A stretch of DNA of 60,723 nucleotides, filler included, from Sphacelaria rigidula (GCA_964200075.2; 10 parts of 10 records of this genome joined end to end with filler, not necessarily neighbours in it); one strand, 5' to 3'. Numbered from the whole stretch's first letter, positions 35,880 through 48,784 are shown. Numbers and translations: made by a program. Notes: generated by a model not told the origin, from the sequence alone.

Positions 35880-36279
35880 GCCGGGTCCCGAATGTTTTTC
35901 TTCGTGAGTCAAGGGCAATAATCAATTTTCAGCTTTTAGTAAAATGCCGTGAAATCACAAAAAAAAAATATCTTTGGGACCCGGCATATATGTGCTATTT
36001 TGCCCTATTGATTGCCCATACCAATTTTCAGTGTCTAAGTCTTGGTCAAAAATTGCGAATTCGCCTGCAAACTACGAATCCGCTTCTAGGCTGGCCCAGC
36101 TCGCACGCCACATTTGGGATTCAGAACAGCTTTTTTCTCGCTGCACAAATTCCCTTCGCTATAAACATATGGATGTTGGACATCTATAGAAGATAGTCCA
36201 GGATAACCCCCCGACAGGTTTTGACCCTGCAGCCTATGGCGCGCAGAGTCAGTGTGTGTGCTGTATATTTTACCGCCGC

Positions 36280-36395
36280 GCCCCGGTGGTGTAATGGTCC
36301 GAATTTCGCCATTAGGGTGGAGAGAACGGGGTTCGATTCCCGATACGTTGGGTTTTTTCTTCGTGATGTATAATTTCCACCGTGGAAAGCGTGAG
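36280..36395 (+). mobile_element. SINE family 1, tRNA-like 5' head (truncated by contig end)
   Basis: GCCCCGGTGGTGTAATGG (A box) ... TTAGGGTGGAGAGAA.G.GGTTCGATTCCC; matches 21011-21120. Confidence 0.85.
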
Positions 36396-36495
36396 NNNNN
36401 NNNNNNNNNNNNNNNNNNNNNNNNNNNNNNNNNNNNNNNTTAATTAATTAANNNNNNNNNNNNNNNNNNNNNNNNNNNNNNNNNNNNNNNNNNNN

Positions 36496-36645
36496 CCGCT
36501 GATCAAAAATTCGTGCGCAAAAATCTGTACTTGCCGACCCCCGCCAGTTTGCGGGGGACGGTGGCAAACTAGTTTGCGGGGGTCGGTGGCAAACTGGCGG
36601 GGGTCGGCAAGTACAGATTTTTGCGCACGAATTTTTGATCAGCGG
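36496..36645. repeat. Perfect ~57-bp inverted repeat (150-bp hairpin)
   Basis: CCGCTGATCAAAAATTCGTGCGCAAAAATCTGTACTTGCCGACCCCCGCCAGTTTGC and its exact reverse complement. Confidence 0.9.
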
Positions 36646-37449
36646 CCAATCTCGAAACCTCGGAGCTAAGCGAATCTGAGAAGCAGACTAGGCTCCTCTC
36701 TGTGCGGTGATGCAAAGTGTCCGAGACGTATGCTGGCGGTTTTCCCTGTTTGGGGGTCAAAAGGTGTGTCAAACGTCCCAAAAGTGAACAATTCGTGGGC
36801 CAAAAAACTGTGTACCATAACATCCGGCCTTAGATGAAAAAAACACGACGAATCCACATTCAGCATAGACACAGCATAATTATGCTGTAGGTTAAATGTA
36901 AGGCAAATCCACTTACTTGCGCACGCCAAACACGAACAAAACCGCTCTTCAAAAAAACATTTGTCACGTTTCCAAGGCGATGTTGTCGGTGTCCACCATG
37001 GATAAAGTTGACAGCAACACATCAAGGCACTACAATCGCAAGCGTTCTTCACCGTGATCGCCGTGATTCTTTTTGGGATATTCTTGTTGCCAGAGGTGTA
37101 CCAGGCGTGTGTCTTCCTTCTCTGATCTCGAGGAAAGAATGAATATGATGGTTACGACTACGGGTCTGAAATTCCATAGATACTACATGCGCATATAAAA
37201 AAATGATATTATCTGCATGGTTCACAGTGGTACAACCTTCCGTGCTGCAAAAGGGTCGGCTGGAACACGAGCACACACTGGTACTTGTGTTGTTGACATT
37301 GGTTGTAGTGTATGTTGTAGACGGCGAGGAAAATAAAAGAAGCTAGCGAGCGCGTGGAGGTCGGTGTAGGTGGTATCACTCGGTACACAGCTGAGGAAGC
37401 TGTAGCGCATCTAAGGATTTGAAGAGATCTGCCTGCTGGAGCCAGTAGC

Positions 37450-37563
37450 ATGAGATTTGGTTATGCATTGTCAAGACTGCTGGGCAGTGTGTATGGCAAT
37501 GGAAACGTAGTATTTCTACCTCCTGAGGGCACGTGCGTCTTGTCTCCCGTACGAAATCGCGTG
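37450..37563 (+). CDS. PWP2: Periodic tryptophan protein 2 (PWP2/UTP1, SSU processome WD40 protein), exon 1
   Basis: MRFGYALSRLLGSVYGNGNVVFLPPEGTCVLSPVRNRV matches the PWP2 N-terminus M.F.Y.FS.LLG.VY..GN..F..DG..V.SPVGNRV. It ends at a GTGAGT donor, phase 0. Confidence 0.85.
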
Positions 37564-38063
37564 GTGAGTGAGTCGGTGTTGCGCTATCTCGATGTACTCT
37601 CTACTGCTGTCCAAATAGAGTGCTGCGTAGAGCATGATACAGTAGATGACGGTAGATAACACCCCCAGGGCGATGAAATGTGGCTGACTGAGAAGCGAGG
37701 TATTACGCCCCCGATAAACATGCTATTCATCAAAATAAACCACCAAGACTTATTTTTTGTAAACAAAGTTTGATCACGTGGGCGTCGTGTTTTTCGAGAA
37801 AAGTGACGCTGGCAATATATCATGCGTGGAGTGTGCGTGTGGGGGGGTGCAATACGCCATCACTCACGGCTGGTGCGTGCTTGCACCGACTGTGCGTATC
37901 TACCGTACGACAGCCCAGACAGTACAAAAAGCAGGAAAATTTGCACTCATAATCGCCCGGTAAGGTGACGTTGTACGGTTCGTATGGCCTGGCGTAGAAT
38001 GGAATGCATACGGTGTAATACTGTTCCGCCCCAGTTATCTGCCTGGTTTCGCCAATTGCCACC

Positions 38064-38171
38064 TAACCCCAGACGTGTCCACTTGTGGAATGGACATCGT
38101 TTTTCACTCCTTTTTCAATAAAAAATTATGTCGATTCCAGAAACGGACACCTCTGGCGCTAAAGGAGTTAA
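38064..38171. mobile_element. piggyBac-type MITE, left end damaged
   Basis: Inverted pair CCAGACGTGTCC / GGACACCTCTGG; right end ...AAAGGAG-TTAA. Confidence 0.5.
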
Positions 38172-38269
38172 CCCTTAGACCGCGAGGTTAGTCTTCTGTT
38201 GAATCGGCATCAATTTCAAGTGAAAAAAAGTATGCATGATCCAGAAAGACTTATCTCGCGGTCTGTGGG
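38172..38269. mobile_element. piggyBac-type MITE (98 bp) with TTAA target duplication
   Basis: TTAA|CCCTTAGACCGCGAGGTTAGTCTTCTG ... CAGAAAGACTTATCTCGCGGTCTGTGGG|TTAA. Confidence 0.85.
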
Positions 38270-38273
38270 TTAA

Positions 38274-38543
38274 GGCGGAAGTTTGTAGGTTCGATTCCCC
38301 ACATAAGGTACGATAATTTCCGGCATAACCTGCCTGGTTCCCGTCGTTGAAAGCATTGGGACACGAATAGCAAAGAATAATTGACGATGGTCGACTGTGC
38401 GCTCTGTGCCGGAGTGTGGTGAATCGATCCGCGATATCAAAATGCCATGCAGTACCGACGGAGAGGTGGGTTTGATCCCTTGAGACTCAGGACTTGTCCG
38501 GAGGTAGGGGAAGGGTTGAGAGCATGAACGAGAAGAAAAAAAA
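38274..38543 (+). mobile_element. SINE family 1, diverged copy lacking A box
   Basis: GGTTCGATTCCC B box; body ATCCGCGATATCAAAATG ... GATCCCTTGAGAC ... GGGAAGGGTT; A-rich tail. Confidence 0.7.
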
Positions 38544-40527
38544 GGAGAGAGGAATATTTACACACTTTCAGTGGGCGGCGGGCCCATGGGTACGGGCCAA
38601 ATTTCATAACGCAAACACGAATTTCAAGTAAATATATTTAAATTATTACCAGTCCCTCTTCGCTTCATAACACATTTCATAACGCAAATTTGATTTTAGT
38701 ATAGACTCCGTCACACTTGTGTTTACCGGCCTTCTGCAGCCCGCAGCCGCAGTACATGACCGTGCTGCGGAGAGATGGTATCCACGACAACAATGGCCTC
38801 ACAAGGAGTGCTTTGTCTTTCCGTATAAGGGTTGGCGTACCAAACGTTCGCTATGAGCATCGTAGTGCCTGCGGTATGGTTGCGGTGGCCGGCGTCGGCG
38901 TCGCAGTCTCCATTTGCGCTCAACTTGCTCCTCCTCCTGCACCCTCCGCGGCTCTGGATACGGGCCGGGCATGAGATGAGACGGTGCTGTCGTCGTCATT
39001 GTGCGTTGTTTCATGCTCCCGGACGTCACAACCCCGAGAAAAATACTATTTCAGCATCAATGCTGCTGGGTCCCTATTGTCAGCCGTCGTGCTCTTGTTC
39101 TGGATGGCTCGTGTTGATCGGTGCTGTACAGGCAGTACTCACGCGATGCCCACCGCCTGGCCAGGGTTGGCGCATCTTGCGGTAAAGATACAGTCGGTGC
39201 CGCGCCAGAAATTATTGAGAGAACGCAATGACGAAGACGACCAAACACTATACGCACCGAACATAGAACAGCTAACGTAAACATGTATCTCTCTTGCGTG
39301 TGCAATCCCGTGTGCTAGAGCACCGCACTCTTTCGAAGGTGTACCGTAAGCTTGCTTCATGGTGAAATGGTGCTTGTGAAAATATCATCGAAATACTGTA
39401 CTGTTCTGGGCTGTAGCCAGCTGGCGGGCGGAAATGAAGCCTAGATCGGACCTGGGCATGAAAACCCCCCGAACAACTCAACCTTCTTGACCTCTCTGCG
39501 GTACATGGGGCTTAAGTAGCGCACATGTTTACACCAACGCAGAAATCTCGGGTAAAACCCGTTCGAGAATCATGGACAACAACGGAAAAATAGCTGATTC
39601 GAGTTTAATTATTTCATAACGACCCGTACCCATGAACTTGGTGCCTTTCAGTGCAAGGACGTAGGCGTATGGCGATGCCCATTATTGGACACAACCCAAG
39701 GATGTAGCAGTACAGCAGTTGTGCCCAGCCAGCGTTTTCCGCAGGATGATGAAAAGGAGACCCAGGGTACTACCATAGTATATTGCATGTGTGCCATATT
39801 CTAACAGCATTAAGTAACTCAATTATACCGTTATTTCGATGATTTTCGCGTTTTTTCAGTCAACAAACGTAGGTTTCACCCGTCTGGTACCCCAACTCAT
39901 ATAAACTCGAGTTCAATTACCATGGTACTTCCTCTGTCCCATAAGTCTTGTCGGTTATAGGCGTTTTTTTGTTCGGGTGGAACGGTAGTGACGATTACCC
40001 TATAGTGGGGTTCTATGGAAAGATGAAACGCAGACGCAGCGGATAAAAATAAAAATAAAATTCGTCAATACTAAAATTAGGTCAGAATATACCCTCATTT
40101 TAGCCATTTTTGATCACTTTTATGACCAAACACTCCGACAGATGGGCGATAACGACTTTAGTGTGGAGCATGCCGGGGTGAGGGTACGGCAGAGGGCGGG
40201 GACGTTGGAAAGGGTGGTCAAATACGATGCGGATGCCTTTAAAAGGGCTGGGGATTCCCTGGCTGAGGCCGAGGACGGTTAATCAAAACTTTTTTTTTCC
40301 AACACTTTTTTGCCCCTGGGAAATAGGCGAAATACGGCCATTTTTCGGCCGACTGTTTTTGTTGCGGCTGTTCGGCCGCATGGTTCAACAGCGTGCTGGA
40401 AAAAAAAACGTTGTTCGACCTCAAAAAACGGCGAAGAAATCGAAAAAAGCATGGAAAATCAGATCGGACAACGTCAGGGGCTCGTATAAACATAACCGAC
40501 CAGACTTATGGGACAGAGGAAGTATTA

Positions 40528-40580
40528 CTCAGCGGTACCTTTATTCACTAGCTGAGTTATACAGCATAACTCAGTGTGTG

Positions 40581-40617
<37 letters not shown>

Positions 40618-41027
40618 GTCGTCCCATCTATGCTGGACGCCGGTCTACACCTTTCGGTATATATAGGCGCACTAGCCGGGGTCACACAGGAGGAAGGCCA
40701 ACACAGGAGTTTTTTGTTTGTTTGTTTTAGTCCTCCACCTTCCTTTTGCGGTGCTTGCCTTCATTTTTCATCACGGAAGGAGTTCAGCACTCCCTTTCCC
40801 TCGTCGACCGTGAAGTCAATATTTTTTTCAGTGGTACTTTTTTTCACTCGCTGAGTTATACGGTACATCTCAGCGGTACCTTTTTTGGCTAGATAGGTTA
40901 TACCGTATAACCCAGAGGTGTCTTTTTCGATTGGATGCGTTAACCAGTGGTATATTTTTTCATCGGATGCGTTATATCATATGACTCGGCGGTACCAATT
41001 TCCACGAGATGAGTCATTCCATATACT
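40528..41027 (+). repeat. 42-bp tandem array of hairpin-like units, interrupted by an insertion
   Basis: CTCAGCGGTACC...GCTGAGTTATAC-like units start at 40528, 40570/40827, 40869, 40911, ~40943 and 40985. Confidence 0.75.
40577..40827. mobile_element. ~250-bp interspersed repeat with (TG)n end and putative TCAGTG target duplication (partial copy ~54578-54641)
   Basis: GTGTTGTCGTCCCAT.TAT.CTGG.C.CC.GTCTACACCTTTCGGT is shared with the end of contig 9. TCAGTG occurs at 40571-40576 and 40828-40833. Confidence 0.8.
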
Positions 41028-41304
41028 TATGTGAATCATGAGTTGCATAACGTGTGGAAGGTTCCCCAGATTAGAAATCTCTTCTACTGTCCTGGTGCGT
41101 TCTGTTCTTCACCCATGTCTCTCATCACGCTTGTATCTTCATCTCTGTCTGTTTTTCCCTCTCTCTCCCTTCCCCCATTTTCAATAAAGAAACGAATTAT
41201 TTGCCAGGTCCTCATTTTCCAGAGGCTGTGTTTCATCCCCTAAGCACACCGCATTTTTTCGGCTACGTACGAAACGTTGTTCAAAAATTCATGTTCATCC
41301 TACT

Positions 41305-41680
41305 TTGTTGTTGTTGCTGTCTTCACATTAAAAACCGTTCCGATATCTGTGCGGTACATTCGTACTGGGCATCTGATGCGGACGCCTTCCGTGGTCACAG
41401 GCTAGCTAGCTACCTATAATAAGGCATGAGGAAATCAAACAAGACCAAAAACACAAAATAGACTGAATTAAAACTCACAAAACGCGATACAAGCAAAACA
41501 AGTATAAATAATAGAGAAGAAAGATAACACATATGGCGAACCTCAGAAGATCCGGTACCGCAGGTGGCCATTCGGACTTCAGGGGGTGGCACACGGCTTT
41601 CCAACTCGATGCGCGAGGCCAAGTAGAGATTCATATAGGATCCGACTACGGGCGAGACTCAAGGCCCCAAATACCACCAG
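41305..41680 (-). mobile_element. 3' end of non-LTR retrotransposon with (CAA)n tail, copy 2
   Basis: Reverse-complement homologue of 16305-16693. Confidence 0.8.
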
Positions 41681-41930
41681 CCAAAACTCTGCTCCGCGTG
41701 TATGTCATATCCTACCCTCGTCAATTGAGCAAACCAGGAGGATGCTTCTCCCTGTGTTGGAAGAACGTCCTTGGTCGATGTGTCAAGCCTTGCCTGCAGC
41801 CTGCCTTGCCCCTCACGCCTACCCTCTCTCTCTCTCGCTCTCTCTCTCTCTGTCCCTTTTTAACCCTCTTTCTCGGGCTCTCTCTGATCGATCAATTGAT
41901 TATTGTGCATTAACTGATGCCCCAAAAAAT

Positions 41931-42070
41931 CCACACGCTGGACAATAGATCATATTGTAAAAAAAATGTACTGCGTACAGTATGGAATATATTGTCTATT
42001 GCAATAGGCACAATAGTCGATACTGTACGCAGTACACTTTTTGATTGTATATTATTTTGTCCAGGGTGTG
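41931..42070. mobile_element. Hairpin MITE, copy 2
   Basis: CCACACGCTGGACAA ... TTGTCCAGGGTGTG; inner TGTACTGCGTACAGTAT / ATACTGTACGCAGTACA. Confidence 0.75.
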
Positions 42071-45000
42071 AAAAAATTCAACCTTGGCTATAAGATAAAC
42101 GTACCCAGAGATGGGCGACACGGAAACATTCGCTAAGGAAGACTCAAGGAAGGAGAAAGATCAAGAAGATTAAAAAAGGAGAGGAAAAAATTACGGTAGA
42201 TTGAACACGTAAAACACGGAACAAAAAAATGACAAAAAGAGGGGGTAAAAAACACAAGGAAGGGAAAAGAGAAAAGTGAGGAAAACGCCGAAATAGATCC
42301 AGTACCAATCGTACCGATATGAAGAAACAAAAGAGGAAATAGCCGGCCTCTGCCGCATGATTTTTCAGGTAAGGCGGCTGTGGCAAAGACGCCCCCCCCC
42401 CCCCCACCCCCCCCCTCCCGTCCCTCATCCCCTCCCCCCCTCCAAACCACGCTGGCCACCCGTGACCGATCCCTCTCNNNNNNNNNNNNNNNNNNNNNNN
42501 NNNNNNNNNNNNNNNNNNNNNTTAATTAATTAANNNNNNNNNNNNNNNNNNNNNNNNNNNNNNNNNNNNNNNNNNNNTGGAATGGCGCAAAAAGTGCGTG
42601 GATACCCCTTGGACCAGCGATCAACCTTTTTCTCCCTTTTGGGCAATCAGGTGTCGTGTCGGCGTGCATGCCTCCTTTACTCGCACGGTGTTGTGTACTC
42701 AGCTCGTGTCAGGCCCAGCAGCTATGTTTCACGGCTTACTTTGGCATGCCTTTTTGACACTGTATCTGTAACGTTCGACTCGGTACCCAGCCGCCGTGGT
42801 AATACACGGTAATGTTGTGGATGATAACTGGTCACCCCGGTACTACTCATTGGTAGGGGAACCAGCCACCTTTGTAGTGCACAGTACTCTCGGGATGGGA
42901 ACGTACCACCCTGGTACTCCTTGGTACGGGAGGCAGCCACCACGGTAATATACGGCTTTGAACGTATTTCTTCAGCGTGTGGCAAGGCAACCCACGGATA
43001 CAACTTATGCCTAGACACCGGAACATCACGAAATCGTATGTGGACCTGCTGTTCGCAAAACTTAATGCAAGCTCAGCTTGCTGAATACAGGCAGGTGCTG
43101 AAGCAAGCTGCGGCACAACACGACCGTCAGCAGGTGTGGTTCCAGCAGCACCGCCACTACCACCACCGTCTCCGGCGGAGGGACTCCCCGAGGCAGACGC
43201 AGTCACTTCACAACCCGTGCTGTCACGGCCATCACCACTCGGTCGTCGCTCATGATTGCTTGCCTTCGGTCGTGTGTTTTTTGGTGTGGTGTTATGTGCT
43301 TTGCGGCTTCAGCGCGCGTACGCGTGTCCACCGACTAAAAAACTGTAGGGTCCTTGGAAAAACAAGGCTTAGAAAAGAAGAGAAAAAAGAAAGACGCCAT
43401 CCAAGAAAATAAAAAATAGGGACAAAGAAACCCAAAGAAAGAGAAAAAGAGAAATACAAAAAAATCTACAGTGGTGTGTGGCAGGAATGAAACACCCGAA
43501 CCACTCACCAGAAGTCGTAAATGTTCACCGCTGTCCTACTGAGGTTATTGTGATCCTGGGTAAAGGTTGGCTCTTAGTTTTCTCCACTATACAGTGATTG
43601 AGACTTGATATATTGCGCAGTGTTTGCTTTGGGTGGTAATGAGAAACCACAGAAGTACCAGTATTTGTTTGGACGGGAATGGGAGAATATGATTTGGTCG
43701 GTGACGATCTGAATGGGAACGGGGGAGCGTCATTTGCTTGTCGGGTGAAAATGGCCGAGTCCGATTTGTCATTTTAACATCGTATTTACCAATTACCGTG
43801 GTTTTACCGCGGTAACTCCCACGTGGGAAATACTCCGAAGTGACACCTACTATTTTGGCACGTGTTTTGTCAGAGCTAAAAGGGACACAAAACGCACCTG
43901 CGCTAGAAGAGCCGCACATGTTAGCCCTCCGATACCAGCTCCGATCACCTGCATCCGCCCGAGAGTGAAAATCATTGGACGATCAGTGCAGATCCATCCC
44001 ACAAAAGACACAAGGGTGCAAAATGCATCAAAGCATCAGGACGCCGAAAGGTTTAGCCAGTATGAAAACAAAACACGAGGGAGGGGACCCTTTATGCATT
44101 TTCCCTCTTGACCGCGTAGTACTTGGGAATGTGGAATACTCCAAGAGCCAGGTCCTCGTACAAAGGTTGAGAACACAGTAGAGAATGGAAAGGGGTATAA
44201 GCCAGATTGACCCTGCTTTTTTTACCCACAATTTTGGATACAGATCATACCAAAACAAACCTACGGTACATCCCGCGTTCCAACACCGCGGGGTTGCTCG
44301 CTTCCCAAACCCACGTAACAGCCCTGGCAGGTAATACCGAATTCGGGACACGCCCCATCACCTGGCAGTGGTATGGCACGCTGTAAAATTGCATGAAATA
44401 ACACTCACAACAACATCCACTTCCTCCTCTCCCTCAACGTCTTTAGCCGCGTCCGCGATTTCCGGTCCTGCATCTTGCTCCGAACCGGTTTCCCCAAGAA
44501 ACGTCCTGAACATTGCCCTCCGGTCCTTCGCGGTTTTCCCCAATAGCGTCGTTCTCGAAGGTTTTCTACAGTACGATCTCCGGGATTCCCTCGGTTCGCG
44601 GCGACCAGGGCGGCGATCTATCTCCGAGACAAGCGAACCTCTTGGAGTTTGTCCAATGTGCCTAGTGTCGGACGTGGGTGGGTGCGTGAGAAACAATGGG
44701 CGGAAAAAATCGGGCCAAGAAATATCCATATGAAGTTACTAGCACAAAGTCTTTACCCACTCTCAAGTAGTACCCGTGTTGGTATTGCTTCCAAATACCA
44801 AGAATCAAGCATTCGGTCGCCGAATGGTACAACCAACGTATGGCCACTTTCTGGTGGTCGGGTGCGTCGCCCACGGTACTTCGGGCACCTCCAGATGGTC
44901 TCCGCGGGGGTCGAATGCTTATGACGAGGGCTTTTGTCCCAAATATTGACCAAGATATTTTCCACGTCATGACTAGCGCTAATTGCGATCGCACCAGACA

Positions 45001-45368
45001 TGGACGTCCCAGGTCGCCTTCAATCTCTCCTGGTGAGTACTGAACTTACAACGAGGAACACAAGAAACAGACATGCTGCAGATATCTACGTCCGTGATCA
45101 ATTAGGGGGTAGGAGGAACTCTCTTCTACGTCTCTCTTCTACGCCATGACAAGGTCTACATTGTCCACAGCATTGCATGAGGTATTTCCGATAGTCACTA
45201 CAAATCAACGTGCGCCCTTTCTACAGGCAGCACTCACTGCGCGGGAGTGGTACACCACACGAGCGAGTCCACTACACCATGCCGTTCACCAGGGCGGCAA
45301 CCGTATTTTCGTAAACTGTTCGCAAAAATAAAAAACAAGGGACGACAGAGGGGAAGGCCACAGTCCAC

Positions 45369-45558
45369 CTAGCTGTGACTGCCGGGGTGTCATAGACGGA
45401 GGTGAACGCAAGCACCCCTCCCCCGGGAACATATGATCCCTGTTCCCTCCCCGCAGACGCCAACCCGCTGCTGAGGGAAAAGAGCGCCGCTGTCAATCGG
45501 CGCCTCATGTCTTGAATTCTCGCGGAGTCGGCCGTATTCCACGGTGTGTCCGTGTCAC
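45369..45558 (-). CDS. Putative internal exon of unknown protein
   Basis: ttgtacag|(G)DTDTPWNTADSARIQDMRRRLTAALFSLSSGLASAGREQGSYVPGGGVLAFTSVYDTPAVTA|gtgga; open frame with coding-like composition. Confidence 0.45.
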
Positions 45559-46375
45559 CTGTACAAGTATCGCCGCCACGTGAGCAATGAAAAGAGACCA
45601 CACGATGAGGGTTCAGCACATCACACTGATTAGCGACACCCTGGCATGCACTAATTCAACCTTAACGGTAAGGCACCCTAGTGAAGGCGCCGCTGTCGCG
45701 GACACGTCAAGACCCTCTTCTTTTCCCTCGTTTTCCCTCGTTTTCCCGTCATACGTTCAACCCCCCCCTCATTCGTGGGACAAATTAATAGCTCTAATGG
45801 GTAAAACCCTCTATGCATTGATTCTTGGACCATGAGAGCTCTCCACATGTTGTGCTTTGCCGAAAGCACGTCAGAAAGTGCCTTGCCTTCGTTTCAGTGT
45901 GACTCTCGCTGTATCGATTTCCTGGTATGGACCAATGTAAGCGGCCTCTTGTCGAAGGCTACACTGTTCTTGCTTCCAACATAGCTGGCCGGGCAAAGCA
46001 ATCACGTGCCAGCAGCGAGAGCTCGGATGTTATCCTACTTCTTCGACCTGCACTTCGGTGCCCATTAAGGGTGAGTCTGTTAGCTGGGAAGCCCTGGAGA
46101 TCTTGGCTGAGGGAGCAATTGTACACTACAATCAAGTAAACAATATTCGTATTGGTTTACATGGACTCATACCGACTACACTTTTTCGCAGTCTCACGGT
46201 TGATGCATTTCATGCGACAAAAACAAAGTCGAGAACATCGCAGGTAAGAAAACAAAATCCAGAACACCATGTTCCTGGGAGTAGTGTTGCATGCCAACTT
46301 CATGCCTTACTGTTGTACACTACTCACAGAGAGGGGAAATATATTCCGCCACGAGGACTTCGGGATATTGTCGGT

Positions 46376-46688
46376 GTTTTTGTTCTCCTCGGCACACTTT
46401 CAGCCCCCTTCCTTCCTCGAGACGAGTCCGTAGTCTCAAGGAACCGACCCATCTCTCCCCCGCCAAACGCCTTGTATTTTGGTATCGCGCATTGGATTAT
46501 GACCATCACTCCCGCATCGCGTCGACTCTCGGTAAATAAACTCTCTTCACCACTTACATCCTCACGTTTCCAACGACGGAGAAATTAACCGTTCCTCAGC
46601 TGAGAAAAAACAAACGTATCTGACGGAAATCGAACCCATGTCCTTCCGGCCTGATGGCTCTCAGTAATAACATCACATCACCGGGGAG
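46376..46688 (-). mobile_element. SINE family 1, reverse copy
   Basis: The reverse strand has CCCCGGTGATGTGATG (A-box-like), GGGTTCGATTTCC (B box) and the body CCAATGCGCGATACCAAAATACAAGGC ... CTTGAGACTACGGACTCGTCTCGAGGAAGGAAGGGG. Confidence 0.8.
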
Positions 46689-48724
46689 CGCCGGCTTGAT
46701 TTACGTCAATTGTGTACTCCGAGAACGTCGTTTGGCACGTCAACTCTGTGACGGGTAGCGCACTATACTGGGTGCTCCGAGGTATCTTCACTTTTCTGCC
46801 CGCTTTTCATTTCTGGGCAAAACTGTCAACACGATAGCTCCTCTACATCTCATCGGCTATCAGCCGTATCCATCTCCGTTGGGTCATCTTACTCGTGCCC
46901 GTGCAATCGAGGTCACAGATCTACCGCCAAAGCCAGACGATCTCGTGCGTTATCTGGGAAAACGCTTGACCCCTTGATCGCCAGACCTCTTTTTGGAGCA
47001 ACGTTTGCTGATCTCCAACCCCGGTAAGCTCGGCGCTTCAGGTGAACAGCTCCTCTCTGTATGCTAGTGCTACTTTCAGTGGCAGCATATCTTCCGCGCT
47101 ACCTTCTCCAGTCACAGGATCCGAGCAAAGTTTAGGTCTTCCCGACTCGTGCCAATCCCTCGAAAACAATATACATCATGACCACAAGTCGAATATCATA
47201 CTCTCAACACGTCAACCATGTTGGCTTCATGGACTTGACGACACCTGGCAGCGTAATCACTAGGATTTACGGGTCCCCTCCCCTATCCCCCCCCCCCCTC
47301 GAACAATCTCAGCAGGGCGCAGGTCACAGCTCATGCGACTGGCCGAACACATCACGGCGCTTCGCGCTGGGTGATTGCTAGTCTGGTCCGGCAAAACCCG
47401 GTGTGGTCCGTCCCGGCTCTATGGGGATGCGAGTTCAATGGTCTTATGACTATGGTATGCAAGATCATCGGTGTACCCCGCCTTCTCCGCGTCAAACTTA
47501 GGCTTTCATGACATAATAGGGTGGAGTGCAGTTTTTATTTTTATTTTTACGACGTGCCTCGCTCCCAGTTTATTCTCGTCAAGTTGTCGTCTTCGAATTC
47601 TCGGAGCCTATCGAATGGCGAAGACAGACTAGATTTGTGTCAGCGAGGTGATGCACAAGAGGTGTCAAGGACACGTGGTGGGGATCTTTTTTGTTGAAGG
47701 TGTCAAAGGTTTTAGAACCTAACCATCCGAAACATAAGCCTTCGATCAAGATGCGGTATAACCTGGAAACCTTTACAGGCTGGGCCTGGAGAGCGACCAA
47801 AAGCGCTTTTTTCTGCCGATCACTAGTGGAGAGAATGACACACATCATCAATATCAATCACGTGCTCAAAGAATTTCTTGCAGTCAAATGCGGCACATAT
47901 GCCGTGGCGATCACAGTACAGTAGCACAGTACAGGAGAGAACAGCACCACCCCGCACTGTTCCGTACAGTTCAAGATATATATGTTACATGTGCACGCAT
48001 CTGTCATAAATCGGCGGGACTACCAGAACGATGGCAGGGCGGCAGCAACGTGTCCCGAGGGGTGTTGAGTCAAAACAGTACCGTAACAATAACAAGCGCA
48101 CATGACGGCGGAGAAATGTGCCAGCAGGATCTGTGCGCCTACCAGCATCCATTGCCAGCCACTGTATGCGAGAAGTGAGCTCTGCACCGAAACCATAAGA
48201 GTTGAGGGGGCCGAGGAGTCGGCGATCGACCTCTAGACCGGAGTCAAGCCACATGAAAATACGCGTTGATTTACGCTCAAATCGGGTATATTTTGCTCTC
48301 GAAGACCTTGAATCCCTCCAACAATGTGTCAACTATGCTATTATAGCGTAGTGACATCAACCAGTGGGCACGCTTCCGCATTAGGAAGATAATGCTGGGC
48401 TTTCATCGCTGGTCGCTTGATTCCTCTCCCTCAGCAGATGTAATTGGCCTAGCAATAACCGACAAGGGAAAAATAATATTGCTGTTCTGCCGCACTTTTT
48501 TTTTTTTTTCTTGTCCCCAGAGGACAGGAAGGAACTTTAACCCATGCACTTCGCTATTTNNNNNNNNNNNNNNNNNNNNNNNNNNNNNNNNNNNNNNNNN
48601 NNNTTAATTAATTAANNNNNNNNNNNNNNNNNNNNNNNNNNNNNNNNNNNNNNNNNNNNGGGGGGGGGGGGGGGGGGGGGGGCGGGGGTGGGGGTTGGGG
48701 GTGGGGGGTTTTGGGGGGTGTGGG

Positions 48725-48784
<60 letters not shown>

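Noticed and set aside
40528..41027. CRISPR array
   Set aside because: The whole 42-bp unit is repeated with no unique spacers, there are no cas genes, and the context is eukaryotic.
46800..47100. Copia RNase H remnant (..VWRSRGQ..HEIVWLWR..)
   Set aside because: The spacing does not fit and the STxEAEY motif is absent.
48660..48782. Poly-proline ORFs / G-quadruplex / telomere
   Set aside because: A near-homopolymeric G run at a contig start is most likely a sequencing or assembly artefact.
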